Source of the DNA: Octopus bimaculoides
Lineage: Eukaryota
Assembly (NCBI RefSeq): GCF_001194135.2
Contig: NC_068990.1
Span: 74,974,251-75,034,807 of the forward strand
Direction: 5' to 3'
DNA length: 60,557 nt
Shown: in pieces, positions 50,123 to 60,557 of the stretch
Layout: each line of letters begins with the position of its first letter
Numbering within the stretch: position 1 is the first letter of the stretch
Program-made: the position numbers and the translations under genes
Notes under the pieces: model-generated
Seen by the model: the letters and a program-made list of their open reading frames with translations, nothing else
What the model was told of the DNA's origin: nothing
Databases searched by the model: none

Positions 50123-50150
50123 AATATTATTATTATTATTATTATTATTA

Positions 50151-50210
<60 letters not shown>

Positions 50211-50213
<3 letters not shown>

Positions 50214-50345
50214 GTTTGACTTTTGCTTTGTATTTGTACAAGTTGGCTCCAAGTCTCACCCAGGGACCTCAAGAGACAACAAGTTAAAAGTTTATGTTGG
50301 GTGTCATATATTTGGTTTTCCACATAGTATTGTTCTACACAATGT
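50211..50345 (-). mobile_element. LINE-like 3' end inserted antisense in the SINE (ATT)n tail, copy 1
   Basis: About 95 bp shared with 51263-51356; minus strand ends ...aaaagtcaaacat-(AAT)n. Confidence 0.65.
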
Positions 50346-50358
50346 TTAAGAATGTTTA

Positions 50359-50437
<79 letters not shown>

Positions 50438-50509
50438 CATCATCATTATTATCAGTATTATTATTATTAATATTATTATTATTATTAACATTATTACTAT
50501 TATTATTAT

Positions 50510-50640
50510 TTCCACTGAGGTCAAATTTGCCTTTCATCCTTTCAGGGTCGATAAAATAAGTACCAGTTGAAGACTGGGGTCGATGTAATCGACTCATCTC
50601 CTCCTCCAAAATTGCTGCCCTTGTGGAAAAAATTTGAAAC
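50510..50640 (+). mobile_element. SINE A, 5'-truncated, tail-3
   Basis: tttccactgaggtcaaatttgcctttcatcc...aaatttgaaacc-(ATT)n. Confidence 0.8.
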
Positions 50641-50724
<84 letters not shown>

Positions 50725-50972
50725 CGATGATGTTGATGACGATGATGATGATGATAATGATAATGATAGTAGCGAGTGGTGATGTCACTGTAGCTTTTCT
50801 TTGTTTTCTTTTCTTTTTTTTTAAATATATAATTATCAAGTATAAAAATGAAAAATATTAACATTAGTGTTATTATTGCTATTATTTTTTCACCCTTTCT
50901 AGGTTGATAAAGTATGTACCAATTGAATACTGAAGTCGATGTAATTGACTATACCCCTACGCCACCGCCCCC

Positions 50973-51128
50973 CGTCTTTTCGTTCGGAGTTCAAATGCCA
51001 CCGACGTCGATTTTGCCTTTAGTCATTTCAGGATCGACAAATTAAGTAGCAGTGAAACATTGGGGTCGATGTAATCGACTAGTCCCCTCCACACAAATTT
51101 CAGGCCTTATGCCTTTAGTAGAAAGGAT
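50973..51128 (+). mobile_element. SINE A, 5'-truncated, (CTT)n(ATT)n tail
   Basis: gagttcaaatgcc...gtcgatgtaatcgac...agtagaaaggatt. Confidence 0.85.
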
Positions 51129-51150
51129 TCTTCTTCTTCTTCTTCTTCTT

Positions 51151-51261
<111 letters not shown>

Positions 51262-51262
51262 T

Positions 51263-51352
51263 TATGTTTGACTTTTGTTTTGCATTTGTACAAGTTGGAT
51301 CCAAGTCTCACCCAGAGACCTCAAGAGACAACAAGTTAGAAGTTCATGTAGG

Positions 51353-51356
<4 letters not shown>
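51263..51356 (-). mobile_element. LINE-like 3' end in (ATT)n, copy 2
   Basis: tatgtttgacttttgttttgcatttgtacaagttggatccaagtctcacccagagacctcaagagacaacaag. Confidence 0.65.
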
Positions 51357-51427
<71 letters not shown>

Positions 51428-52604
51428 ATAATAATTATAATAATGATAATAAAAAAATTAATAATAATAGTAATAACAACAATATTAATAGTTTTAATTT
51501 TTATACATGATATTTATTTAAGCAAAAAAAATAACAACAGCAAGACTACCATTACCACCACCACTACCACCACCAACACTATCACCATTATCATTAACGT
51601 CATCAAAAACAACCACTATTATTATTATTATTATTATGAATAATTTCTCTGATTGATATTTTCATTACAATGTTTCTTTAAAGTCAATGTTGTAGAACGA
51701 ATTAGGGATTTACTGAGGTTTTTCGAATGATGATTGGACGGGTTCAACATCAGTGCGTAAATAAAAATAATAAAAATAAAAACAGCAGCTTTGACAACAG
51801 CAGCAGCAGCAGCTGTAAACATTAGCAAGAGCTTCAATGACAGTAGCAAAACAGCATGAACGAGAGGAGACAACAATTGAAAAAAATACAATAAAATCTT
51901 CATTATCGTCATCAGTAGCAGCAATAGAAAGAATGGCTATAATGCTTGCATCAGCAACAGTAGATGTAAAACAGCATCAAGAATAACATTGGTAGCATGA
52001 CCAATCAAAAACCGGTACTCCGTCGTTTACGACGGTACGGTTTTCCAGTTGATCCGATCAACGGAACTGTCTCACCTAAAATATTTCAAAATCTGGAATG
52101 CACCCCGTATACTAGCTTCAGAGGAAATAACACACACACACACACAGACACACACACATACAAAAGAAGAAGCTCAGCAGTAAAAGCTTCTCCGGCGGTT
52201 GTCGCAAACATAGTAACATCAATATAATAATAAAAATAATAACGGCAATAATAAAAACAATGCTGTGATCAACAACAAGAAGTGCAACAGTATTAACAAC
52301 ATTAGCAGTAAAATTGGTTTCAGATTATGACACAAGGCCAGCAATTTCGTTGCTGTTGTTAACGTTGTTTTTGTTGCTATTGCTCATATTGTATTTTGTC
52401 AGAGCAACCGCTGCTTCTTTTTTTTTTTGTTTTTACTATTTGTCTTATAGATGTTTCCTTTTTTTTTTGTATTTCTGTATGCCATGTCATACTGTCCCTT
52501 TCTTTGTCTCAATCGCTGCTGTTTCTTTTTCTTTTCTTCTTTTTGGTTCTACTATTGATTTTGCTGTTGTTCCACCTTCTCCTTATAATATTACTGCTGT
52601 TGTT

Positions 52605-53013
52605 AGGGCAGCGAGCCAGTAGAATCGTTAGCACGTCGAGAAAAATGCCTAGTGGCATTTCGTTCGCCTTTACGCTCTGAATTAAAATACCACCAAGGTC
52701 GACTTTACCTTTTATCCTTTCGGGAGTCGATAAATTCAGTATCAGTTACGCACAGGGGTCGACTTCATCGACTCAATCCCTTTGTCTGTCCTTGTTTTTC
52801 CCCTCTATGTTTAGCCCCTTGTGGGCAATAAAGAAATAAGAAACGTTAGCACGCCGGCCGAAATGCTTAGCGGTATTTCGCCTGCCGTTATGTTCTGAGT
52901 TCAAATTCCGCCGAGGTCGACTTTGCCTTTCATCCTTTCGGTGATCGATAAATTAAGTACCAGTTGGCCCCTCCCCCAAAATTTCGGGCCTTGTGCCTTG
53001 AGTAGAAAAGAAT
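52605..53013 (+). mobile_element. SINE A dimer (tail-2 monomer plus head-less tail-1 monomer)
   Basis: Junction gggcaataaagaaataagaaacgttagcacgccgg at 52823-52857, equivalent to the 13.2-kb junction. Confidence 0.88.
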
Positions 53014-53084
53014 ATAACGAGAAAGTGGAAACAGTAAAATCAATAACAGAAAGAAAAAGAACATAGCAGAGAAAGGGACAGTAG

Positions 53085-53184
53085 CATGGCAACATGGCAT
53101 GGCAACATGGCATGGCAACATGGCATGGCAACATGGCATGGCAACATGGCATGGCAACATGCCATGGCAATATGGCATGGCATA
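53085..53184. repeat. 13-bp minisatellite (CATGGCAACATGG) x7
   Basis: Units start at 53085, 53098, 53111, 53124, 53137, 53150, 53163. Confidence 0.97.
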
Positions 53185-53750
53185 TAAGAAAAGGAAGCGG
53201 CTATAAGACAAATAGTTTTTAAAAAAAGCAGCGGTAGCTGTGACAGAAAACAATACGAGCAATAGCAACACAACCAACGTTAGCAATAGCAACGTTGCAA
53301 ACAGAAACAAACTGCTATAACAATATCAACAACTACCAAAAGATTAAAAGGAGTTGCAATCTTAGTAACAATGATATCAATACTATCAATATTCTAAGAC
53401 ATCTTTCAGGTGCAGTTATCCATGGATCTTAGTACTTGGAAAGTTTCTCTTCAAGGCGCTGACCTGGGAGAGGTTTCTTGTTGAAGTCTAATGGTTTGCC
53501 CAGGCATGCAAGGCTACTCTCTCTATTCAGCAAACATCCCGATGACTAATTATTTTATGCGGTTCGATATCTATGTCCTCGACAGAGAAAGAATGTGCAG
53601 TATGTTTATACTTTGATTCAAATTCCGGATTGTAATGTTACTACTGCAGTTGTTAATACTGTTGCTGTTGATAAAGCGTTATTATGCCGTTCTTTTGTCT
53701 TCAATAGAGGAAATTCTTTGTAAATTATAAAGTTAAAGCAGGTTCAGTAA

Positions 53751-53836
53751 TGACGTCAGCAAAATCTGGCCAATGAAGTTATATGTAAATATTCCCCGGA
53801 TCTTTGAGTGCTGACGTCACTACAAATCAGTCCAAT
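53751..53836. promoter_or_regulatory. Candidate enhancer/promoter: two CRE-CCAAT modules
   Basis: TGACGTCA 53751-58, CCAAT 53770-74, TGACGTCA 53812-19, CCAAT 53832-36. Motifs are seen; function is not shown. Confidence 0.4.
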
Positions 53837-55481
53837 CAGATTTGTTCTGCGGCGTATTAAACGAGACCAGGCTTAGAGAGAGAGAGAAAGAGAGAGGCAC
53901 TGAAAGAGAGACTGAGAGAGAAAGAATGAGAGAGAGAGGGTGAGAGAGTGTGAGTGAGAGAGTGAGAGAGAGAGAGAGAGAGTGAGGCAGACAGTGTGGG
54001 AAAGAAAATAAACAGAAACGATCGACAGATAGACAGACACGCACAGACAGAGAGTAACTGACAATTGAAAGACGCGAGAGTATAGAAAACAGAAAGCTGT
54101 TATGCATTCACATTAACCGCTATTCGATATAATCTAGTATGGAAGTCAAAGCACGCTGAATATGAAGAGTCCGCAACATGCATTGACGTGGCTTCTACTA
54201 GAGTAGAGCTAAATTATGGCAACTAAACTCATATTCATTTACCTACTGTCTCTGTCTCTCTCTCTCTGTCTCTCTCTGTCTCTCTCTGTCTCTCTCTCGT
54301 CCTCCTCCCCTCCCTCTCTTTTTCATCTATTCACAATTACAGAAGTTGTCCAGCTAAGTCACCCTTACGAACGGTACTTTCTGATGGAGTTCTGTTTTAT
54401 TTCTTTGGACCGTCACGTTCAGTACAAGTAATTAACTATAAACAGATGATGAATCGAAAACAGACAACTGCTCTTCTCATGTGTAGCACACTCATTCATT
54501 TATTAATGCTGGAAATGAAAAAAACAAAATTGATTTTGAGGAGATTTGAACTTGGAGCATAGAGAACCGGAACAAATATCGGTGCTATTCTATTCAATAT
54601 TCTAACGATTCAGTCAAATTCGCAGAAAAACGAATAACAACAAAGTATAAGCAACAGAAGCAAGAACAAAAACTGCAATAATAATCTAACGAAGGTGTCT
54701 CCACGAGGTCGCTCGAACTACAAAAAATAGTATCCAGTCGCAAGAAAGATAAAAAAAAATGCCGAAAATGGAACTTACGAGCGAAACATGATCCTCCGAC
54801 AAGCCTGAGAAGAGAACAATAACTCTGACAAACAACTGACACAGGCCTCTGTGAAAACGCATCTAACCCATGCCGGTAGGGTAAGTGGGTATAAATTGAT
54901 GCCAATGTAGACGACGACGACGATGACGTTGATGGTGGTAGTATTGATGATGATGATAACGATGCTGATGACGACGTCGCTGCTGATGATAATGATGAAG
55001 AGTGTGCTGGTGGTGGTAGTGGTGTGGGTGGTGATGATGATAATAATGATGATGATGATGATGACGACGATGATATAGTAACGATGGTGACGATGTTGAC
55101 GATGTTGATGATGGTGACGACGACGTTGAGGACGATGACAATGACAACAATGAAGATGGTAATGATGCTTGTCGCTAAAAAATTATTCTATAAATGGTAA
55201 GGGAACCAGGCTTTTCCATTTATGGAAAAACATTAAATGCAGCAACGTGACCAAACTTAACGCTTTACAATATTTTGCGGCCTCTTTTCAATATCGACAG
55301 AGTTTTATTCCCCTGGTGATAAACAAAGAAATACACCAGAAATTCGATTGAAGAGTCATATTCGATAGACCTAGCACTCACTACCTTTCTTAGAATCATA
55401 ATCACATTGTTCGATGCACTTTTGGTTTCTATTCTCGCTTTATTACTTTTGATGAAAACATGTTATAAGCGTATTTACAAA

Positions 55482-55678
55482 ATAATCCTTTCTACTGAAG
55501 GCACAAGGTCTGAAATTTTGTGAGAGGGGTTTAATCAATTACACTGACTCTAGTACTTAATTTAACGATGAAAGGCAACGTGGACGTCGGCGGAATTTGA
55601 ATTCAGAACGTAAAGACAGATGAAATTACGCTAAGCATTTTGCCCGACGTGCTAACGATTCGACCAGCTCGCCGCCTT
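55482..55678 (-). mobile_element. SINE family A
   Basis: ataatcctttctact...ccagctcgccgcctt; further degenerate copies at about 54530-54624 and 55835-55925. Confidence 0.88.
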
Positions 55679-55995
55679 GGATTTAGTAAATAATAAATAA
55701 ACTATTAGGCGAGTCGAAAGTTTATATGTAACGAGTGAATGATTTATGCTACTTGTAAAACAGTTTTATAATTGCTATAATGATGATGATGATTATGATG
55801 ATGACCACGACGACGACAACGATGATGATGATGATGCTTTCAAATTTTGGCACTAGGCCAGTGGCAGTGTCTTCGAAATTTCGGTCAGCTAAGCCGTCGT
55901 TGGCTAAGCTGATCGAAACGTCGAAGTCATTGTCAGTTGTTTTAACTCTTATTTTTATCAAAAGCGGTGTTAGTCAGTACCCTTTATCATCTTTG

Positions 55996-56051
<56 letters not shown>

Positions 56052-56095
56052 NNNNNNNNNNNNNNNNNNNNNNNNNNNNNNNNNNNNNNNNNNNN

Positions 56096-56154
<59 letters not shown>

Positions 56155-56827
56155 ATGTATGTATGTATACATACATTCATATATATATATATATATATAT
56201 AAATTTAGTAAATGGAGTAAAACGCATATTTTAACTGAATACTTTCATTTCCAACATATGTTTCGAAGATTACAAATTATACCTTCCATAGGAATAGGTG
56301 ATGTTGATAAGAATGTAATCTTCTCTTCAGGGAAATGCATGGCAACCAGCTTAGACGTAAGACATTTTAACCGAATATGAGAACTATATTCCGATACATA
56401 TACACACATATATGCGCATAGATGTAATGCATACTCTATTAGCCTAGCATATAGTGTCAATATATAATGTATTTGTATATTGAGTATACTTTTCAGCGCT
56501 ATTCAGTAGCTTGCTACTCCGAGTATTGGTCATCACAATTATTTGTTTATGTTTTGGCATATAAAACCATGAGAGGTCAACCCTTAATCCTGTATGTAAA
56601 GTCAATAAACAAATAAAAACGAACAAAAACAACACGTGTATTATATTATATTGCATATAACCATATCATCTGATATTCCTTAATATCTAACCATCAATAA
56701 AGGATATTATTGAGATATCGTATGTTCACTGACAATTTCTACATATGCGCATACGTACTCACACTTATACCCATACACACATTTAATACACATACATACA
56801 TACATAAATACATACATATATACATAC

Positions 56828-56963
<136 letters not shown>

Positions 56964-57084
56964 ATATATATGTATACACACACACACACACACACACACA
57001 TATATTTCTATATATATGTATGTATGTATATACATATCATGTGATATCCATAGTGTCTAATTCTGACTCTGACCGTCTGTAAAG

Positions 57085-57128
57085 GATATCGTTAGGCCAT
57101 CGTTAGAATATCGTTAGGATATCGTTTT
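57085..57128. repeat. 11-bp tandem repeat (gatatcgttag) x4
   Basis: gatatcgttag gccatcgttag aatatcgttag gatatcgtttt. Confidence 0.85.
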
Positions 57129-57682
57129 CTTTAATGATAATTCCTGCACAACTAAATACAGCAACCGTCTCAGACAATAAGTTATAGCCGACTTTAACCG
57201 TAATTCCATATAACACACGGCTAATTCTAGCAAAGCTGACCATCTTTAATGATAAGACTAATGATTAAGCACAATTTCATGGTGACTGACCAGCTCAAAC
57301 AAGATCTCATATTTCACGGCAACTAGTAATTTTTCTGTCATCTCTTTTTTTTTAACGTGGGACATCTTTTTCCTTTCATTGTGTGTGTGTATGTGTGTGT
57401 GAGTTTTCGTGCGCGTGTATGCTTGTATGTGTGTGCGTGAAAGTGTGTGTATGTGTGTGTGAATGTGTGTGCATATACGTATGTATACATACTTAATTTT
57501 ACATACATTTATATGTATATATATATAATGTATATGAAAGTCTACATATGCATATATACATATATGTGTGTGTGTGTGTATGTATATACAAGCTTACACA
57601 CACTGATATATGCACATATGTCTGTGCTAGTTACAACGGTATAGGTGTCCATGTAGACATATGGATGCAACGATATGTGCGC

Positions 57683-57714
<32 letters not shown>

Positions 57715-58052
57715 GCACACATACACACACACATATACACATATATATATTTAAATATATGTATACATGTACATGTGTGTGTGTGTGAGTTTGTTTGTGT
57801 GTGGGTGCTAGCATACATTCTTACACATACGCACAGAGATATCTATACGGTTACATGTATACGCTGTGTATGCACATGTCTAAGAATGTGTATAAAATAT
57901 AAACATATGTACATATATGTGTGTCTATATCAAAACATGATCGTATACATGCATATACATACATACACACACACACAAACACACGCATATATACATACAT
58001 ACGCACAAACACACACATGCCGCACATATACATAATACACACAGACACACAC

Positions 58053-58093
<41 letters not shown>

Positions 58094-59010
58094 TATGTAT
58101 ANNNNNNNNNNNNNNNNNNNNNNNNNNNNNNNNNNNNNNNNNNNNNNNNNNNNNNNNNNNNNNNNNNNNNNNNNNNNNNNNNNNNNNNNNNNNNNNNNNN
58201 NNNNNNNNNNNNNNNNNNNNNNNNNNNNNNNNNNNNNNNNNNNNNNNNNNNNNNNNNNNNNNNNNNNNNNNNNNNNNNNNNNNNNNNNNNNNNNNNNNNN
58301 NNNNNNNNNNNNNNNNNNNNNNNNNNNNNNNNNNNNNNNNNNNNNNNNNNNNNNNNNNNNNNNNNNNNNNNNNNNNNNNNNNNNNNNNNNNNNNNNNNNN
58401 NNNNNNNNNNNNNNNNNNNNNNNNNNNNNNNNNNNNNNNNNNNNNNNNNNNNNNNNNNNNNNNNNNNNNNNNNNNNNNNNNNNNNNNNNNNNNNNNNNNN
58501 NNNNNNNNNNNNNNNNNNNNNNNNNNNNNNNNNNNNNNNNNNNNNNNNNNNNNNNNNNNNNNNNNNNNNNNNNNNNNNNNNNNNNNNNNNNNNNNNNNNN
58601 NNNNNNNNNNNNNNNNNNNNNNNNNNNNNNNNNNNNNNNNNNNNNNNNNNNNNNNNNNNNNNNNNNNNNNNNNNNNNNNNNNNNNNNNNNNNNNNNNNNN
58701 NNNNNNNNNNNNNNNNNNNNNNNNNNNNNNNNNNNNNNNNNNNNNNNNNNNNNNNNNNNNNNNNNNNNNNNNNNNNNNNNNNNNNNNNNNNNNNNNNNNN
58801 NNNNNNNNNNNNNNNNNNNNNNNNNNNNNNNNNNNNNNNNNNNNNNNNNNNNNNNNNNNNNNNNNNNNNNNNNNNNNNNNNNNNNNNNNNNNNNNNNNNN
58901 NNNNNNNNNNNNNNNNNNNNNNNNNNNNNNNNNNNNNNNNNNNNNNNNNNNNNNNNNNNNNNNNNNNNNNNNNNNNNNNNNNNNNNNNNNNNNNNNNNNN
59001 NNNNNNNNNN

Positions 59011-59220
59011 AATTCAGAAATTTTCGCGGGCCGTACTACTAAAAAATTGAAAGTACATTTTCTCAAGGCATGCCATTCAGAAAGTCTCGCATGCCACACT
59101 ACCAAAACAATTCCAGGTAAGTTTTCGTAAGGTGTACTATTCAGAAAGTTTCTCGGGCCGCACTATTAAAATAATTCAAGGTAAGTTTCCCTTTGGCATG
59201 CCATTCAGAAAGTCTCGCAA
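59011..59220. repeat. ~64-bp satellite with alternating (dimeric) higher-order structure, abutting a gap
   Basis: attcagaaa at 59012, 59075, 59139, 59203; units 1 and 3 carry cgggccg, units 2 and 4 carry gtctcgca. Confidence 0.85.
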
Positions 59221-59887
59221 TTTACTCATAGCTGCTCTAAGCGATAACCCTTAACAACGAATACTAAAGGCCGACCGAACACCTAACCTGTGATATATAT
59301 ATATCATAAATTGTACTAAATTTTATTGAATATTATAGCATGTGCTTTACTACACGGCCAAAGAAAGCAAGAAAAAATATGAATCCACTTTCAAACTTCC
59401 TAACTTCAGACTGTTACAATTTGAAAGTAGGAAATCCCCAAAAATGTCACATAAAGATTGTATATAGTCAAACTCGATAATGCAACGAACAAAATATCTT
59501 CAGCTACTTTATGTTCTGAGTTCAAATCCCACTGCAGCCATCTTTGCTATCCGTCCCTACAGGAATCGATAATGTAAAACTGTGGTTCTCAACCAACGTT
59601 TCCCTATAGATCCCTTTGATTCCTACTTTACTCAGGTGGACCCTCATAGCCATTCGATGTTAAAAAAATCCTATTAAATTTTTATAACTAAATATTATTA
59701 GGAATTATAAAAACTTGTGAAAATGTTTTTTGTATAGCAAAAGTACAGAGTGGGCCAAAAGTCATGCACGAAATAAGTTCAATACGCTCCGGAACTTTCA
59801 GAGACATGCTTCAATTTTTCTAAATTTGAATAAAATAAATAAAATAATGATGACTGCACATGTACATGAGGAACAAAATGGATAAAA

Positions 59888-60106
59888 ATAATCCTTTCTA
59901 CCGTAGCCACAAGGCCTGAAAATTTTTTTGGTGGGACTTGGATTAGTTGATTACATTGATCCAGGTACGTAACTAGAACTTATTTCATCGATAGGGTGAA
60001 AGGCAAAGTCGACCTCAACGGAATTTGAATTCAGAAAGTGAAGACAGATGAAGTAACGCTAAGCATTCCACCTGGCGTGCTAATGATTCCGCCATCTCAC
60101 CGCTTT
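59888..60106 (-). mobile_element. SINE family A
   Basis: ataatcctttctacc...aggcaaagtcgacctc...gtgctaatgattccgcc. Confidence 0.85.
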
Positions 60107-60131
60107 ACTTATAATAATAATAATAATAATG

Positions 60132-60172
<41 letters not shown>

Positions 60173-60176
<4 letters not shown>

Positions 60177-60557
60177 GCCCGGATGCAGTACCACGCAGTA
60201 GCTCTTAAATGCCCGGATGCAGTACCAGGCAGTGGCTCTCATGGCTTATGATCTTAATTGATTGGAAGTGTTATCATGTACATTGTTTTGTCTTGGTATA
60301 AAAAGATGGGTTACAGCAAATATTCTGCTCAATACCACAGACTTGCTTGTCAGTTGTTTGACCATAACCAGTTGAGCATGTCACTTGGTGGCTGACGATA
60401 TGTGCATCTCTGATCACGAGCAGAAGTAGTGGGGGAGCATCATAGCCATGTGTTGAGAGGAATTCTTTGGGGTTTGAATAATTCACCTTTGGAAACATGG
60501 GTGTTTTGCTCAACATCCTTAAACAAACCTTATTCAGGGATCTTTTGAGCGGGATGG
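60173..60557 (+). mobile_element. Second copy of the 558-bp (TAA)n-embedded element, cut by the window edge, with a 34-bp terminal duplication
   Basis: (AAT)n-aaatgcccggatgcagtacca... twice (60173-60206, 60207-60240); the remainder is the reverse complement of about 5020-5381. Confidence 0.88.

Larger units (their letters stand above)
52348..53294. repeat. Old inverted duplication (arms 52348-52586 and 53014-53294) enclosing a SINE dimer
   Basis: Collinear reverse-complement blocks: gttgctattgctc(a/g)tattgt, actatttgtcttatag, tactgtccctttct, tattgatttt, ccac(c/t)ttctc(c/g)ttat. Confidence 0.8.

Noticed and set aside
59579-59770. hAT-like (gtggttctcaacc) and Tc1-like (cagagtgggccaaaagt) TIR starts
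   Set aside because: No matching opposite TIR found.

Overview
Eukaryotic, AT-rich, repeat-saturated non-coding window (large intron or intergenic), with about 15 N-gaps that mostly abut microsatellites. The repeat families (tRNA-headed SINEs with ATT tails, CORE-like SINEs with internal TA/TG tracts, extreme TA/CA/TAA/CAT microsatellite load) point to a coleoid cephalopod, probably Octopus; this is inferred from recalled repeat sequences, not from a database hit. No host protein-coding exon, rRNA, functional tRNA or CRISPR array can be supported, and the long ORFs in the track are microsatellite or N artefacts. Recognisable coding remnants are all transposon-derived: four R4/Dong-clade RLE retrotransposon 3' pieces, a Helitron Pif1-helicase C-terminus with its 3' end, a probable L1/Tx1 3' end and a mariner-like mini-element. 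The most interesting feature is a 492-bp head-to-head palindromic element at 18414-18905 with a 12-bp TSD, a tRNA-like Pol III head and a hammerhead-ribozyme motif in each arm. It is a candidate Penelope-mobilised ribozyme SINE, and two further hammerhead-like families occur at 39.3 kb and 40.1/47.6 kb. Also notable are a retroelement ecosystem built on (TAA)n tracts, SINE dimers apparently formed by 3'-microhomology priming, several long fold-back elements, and a duplicated CRE-CCAAT regulatory module. Coordinates were read by eye and may be off by a few bases; SINE family labels A-D are my own.
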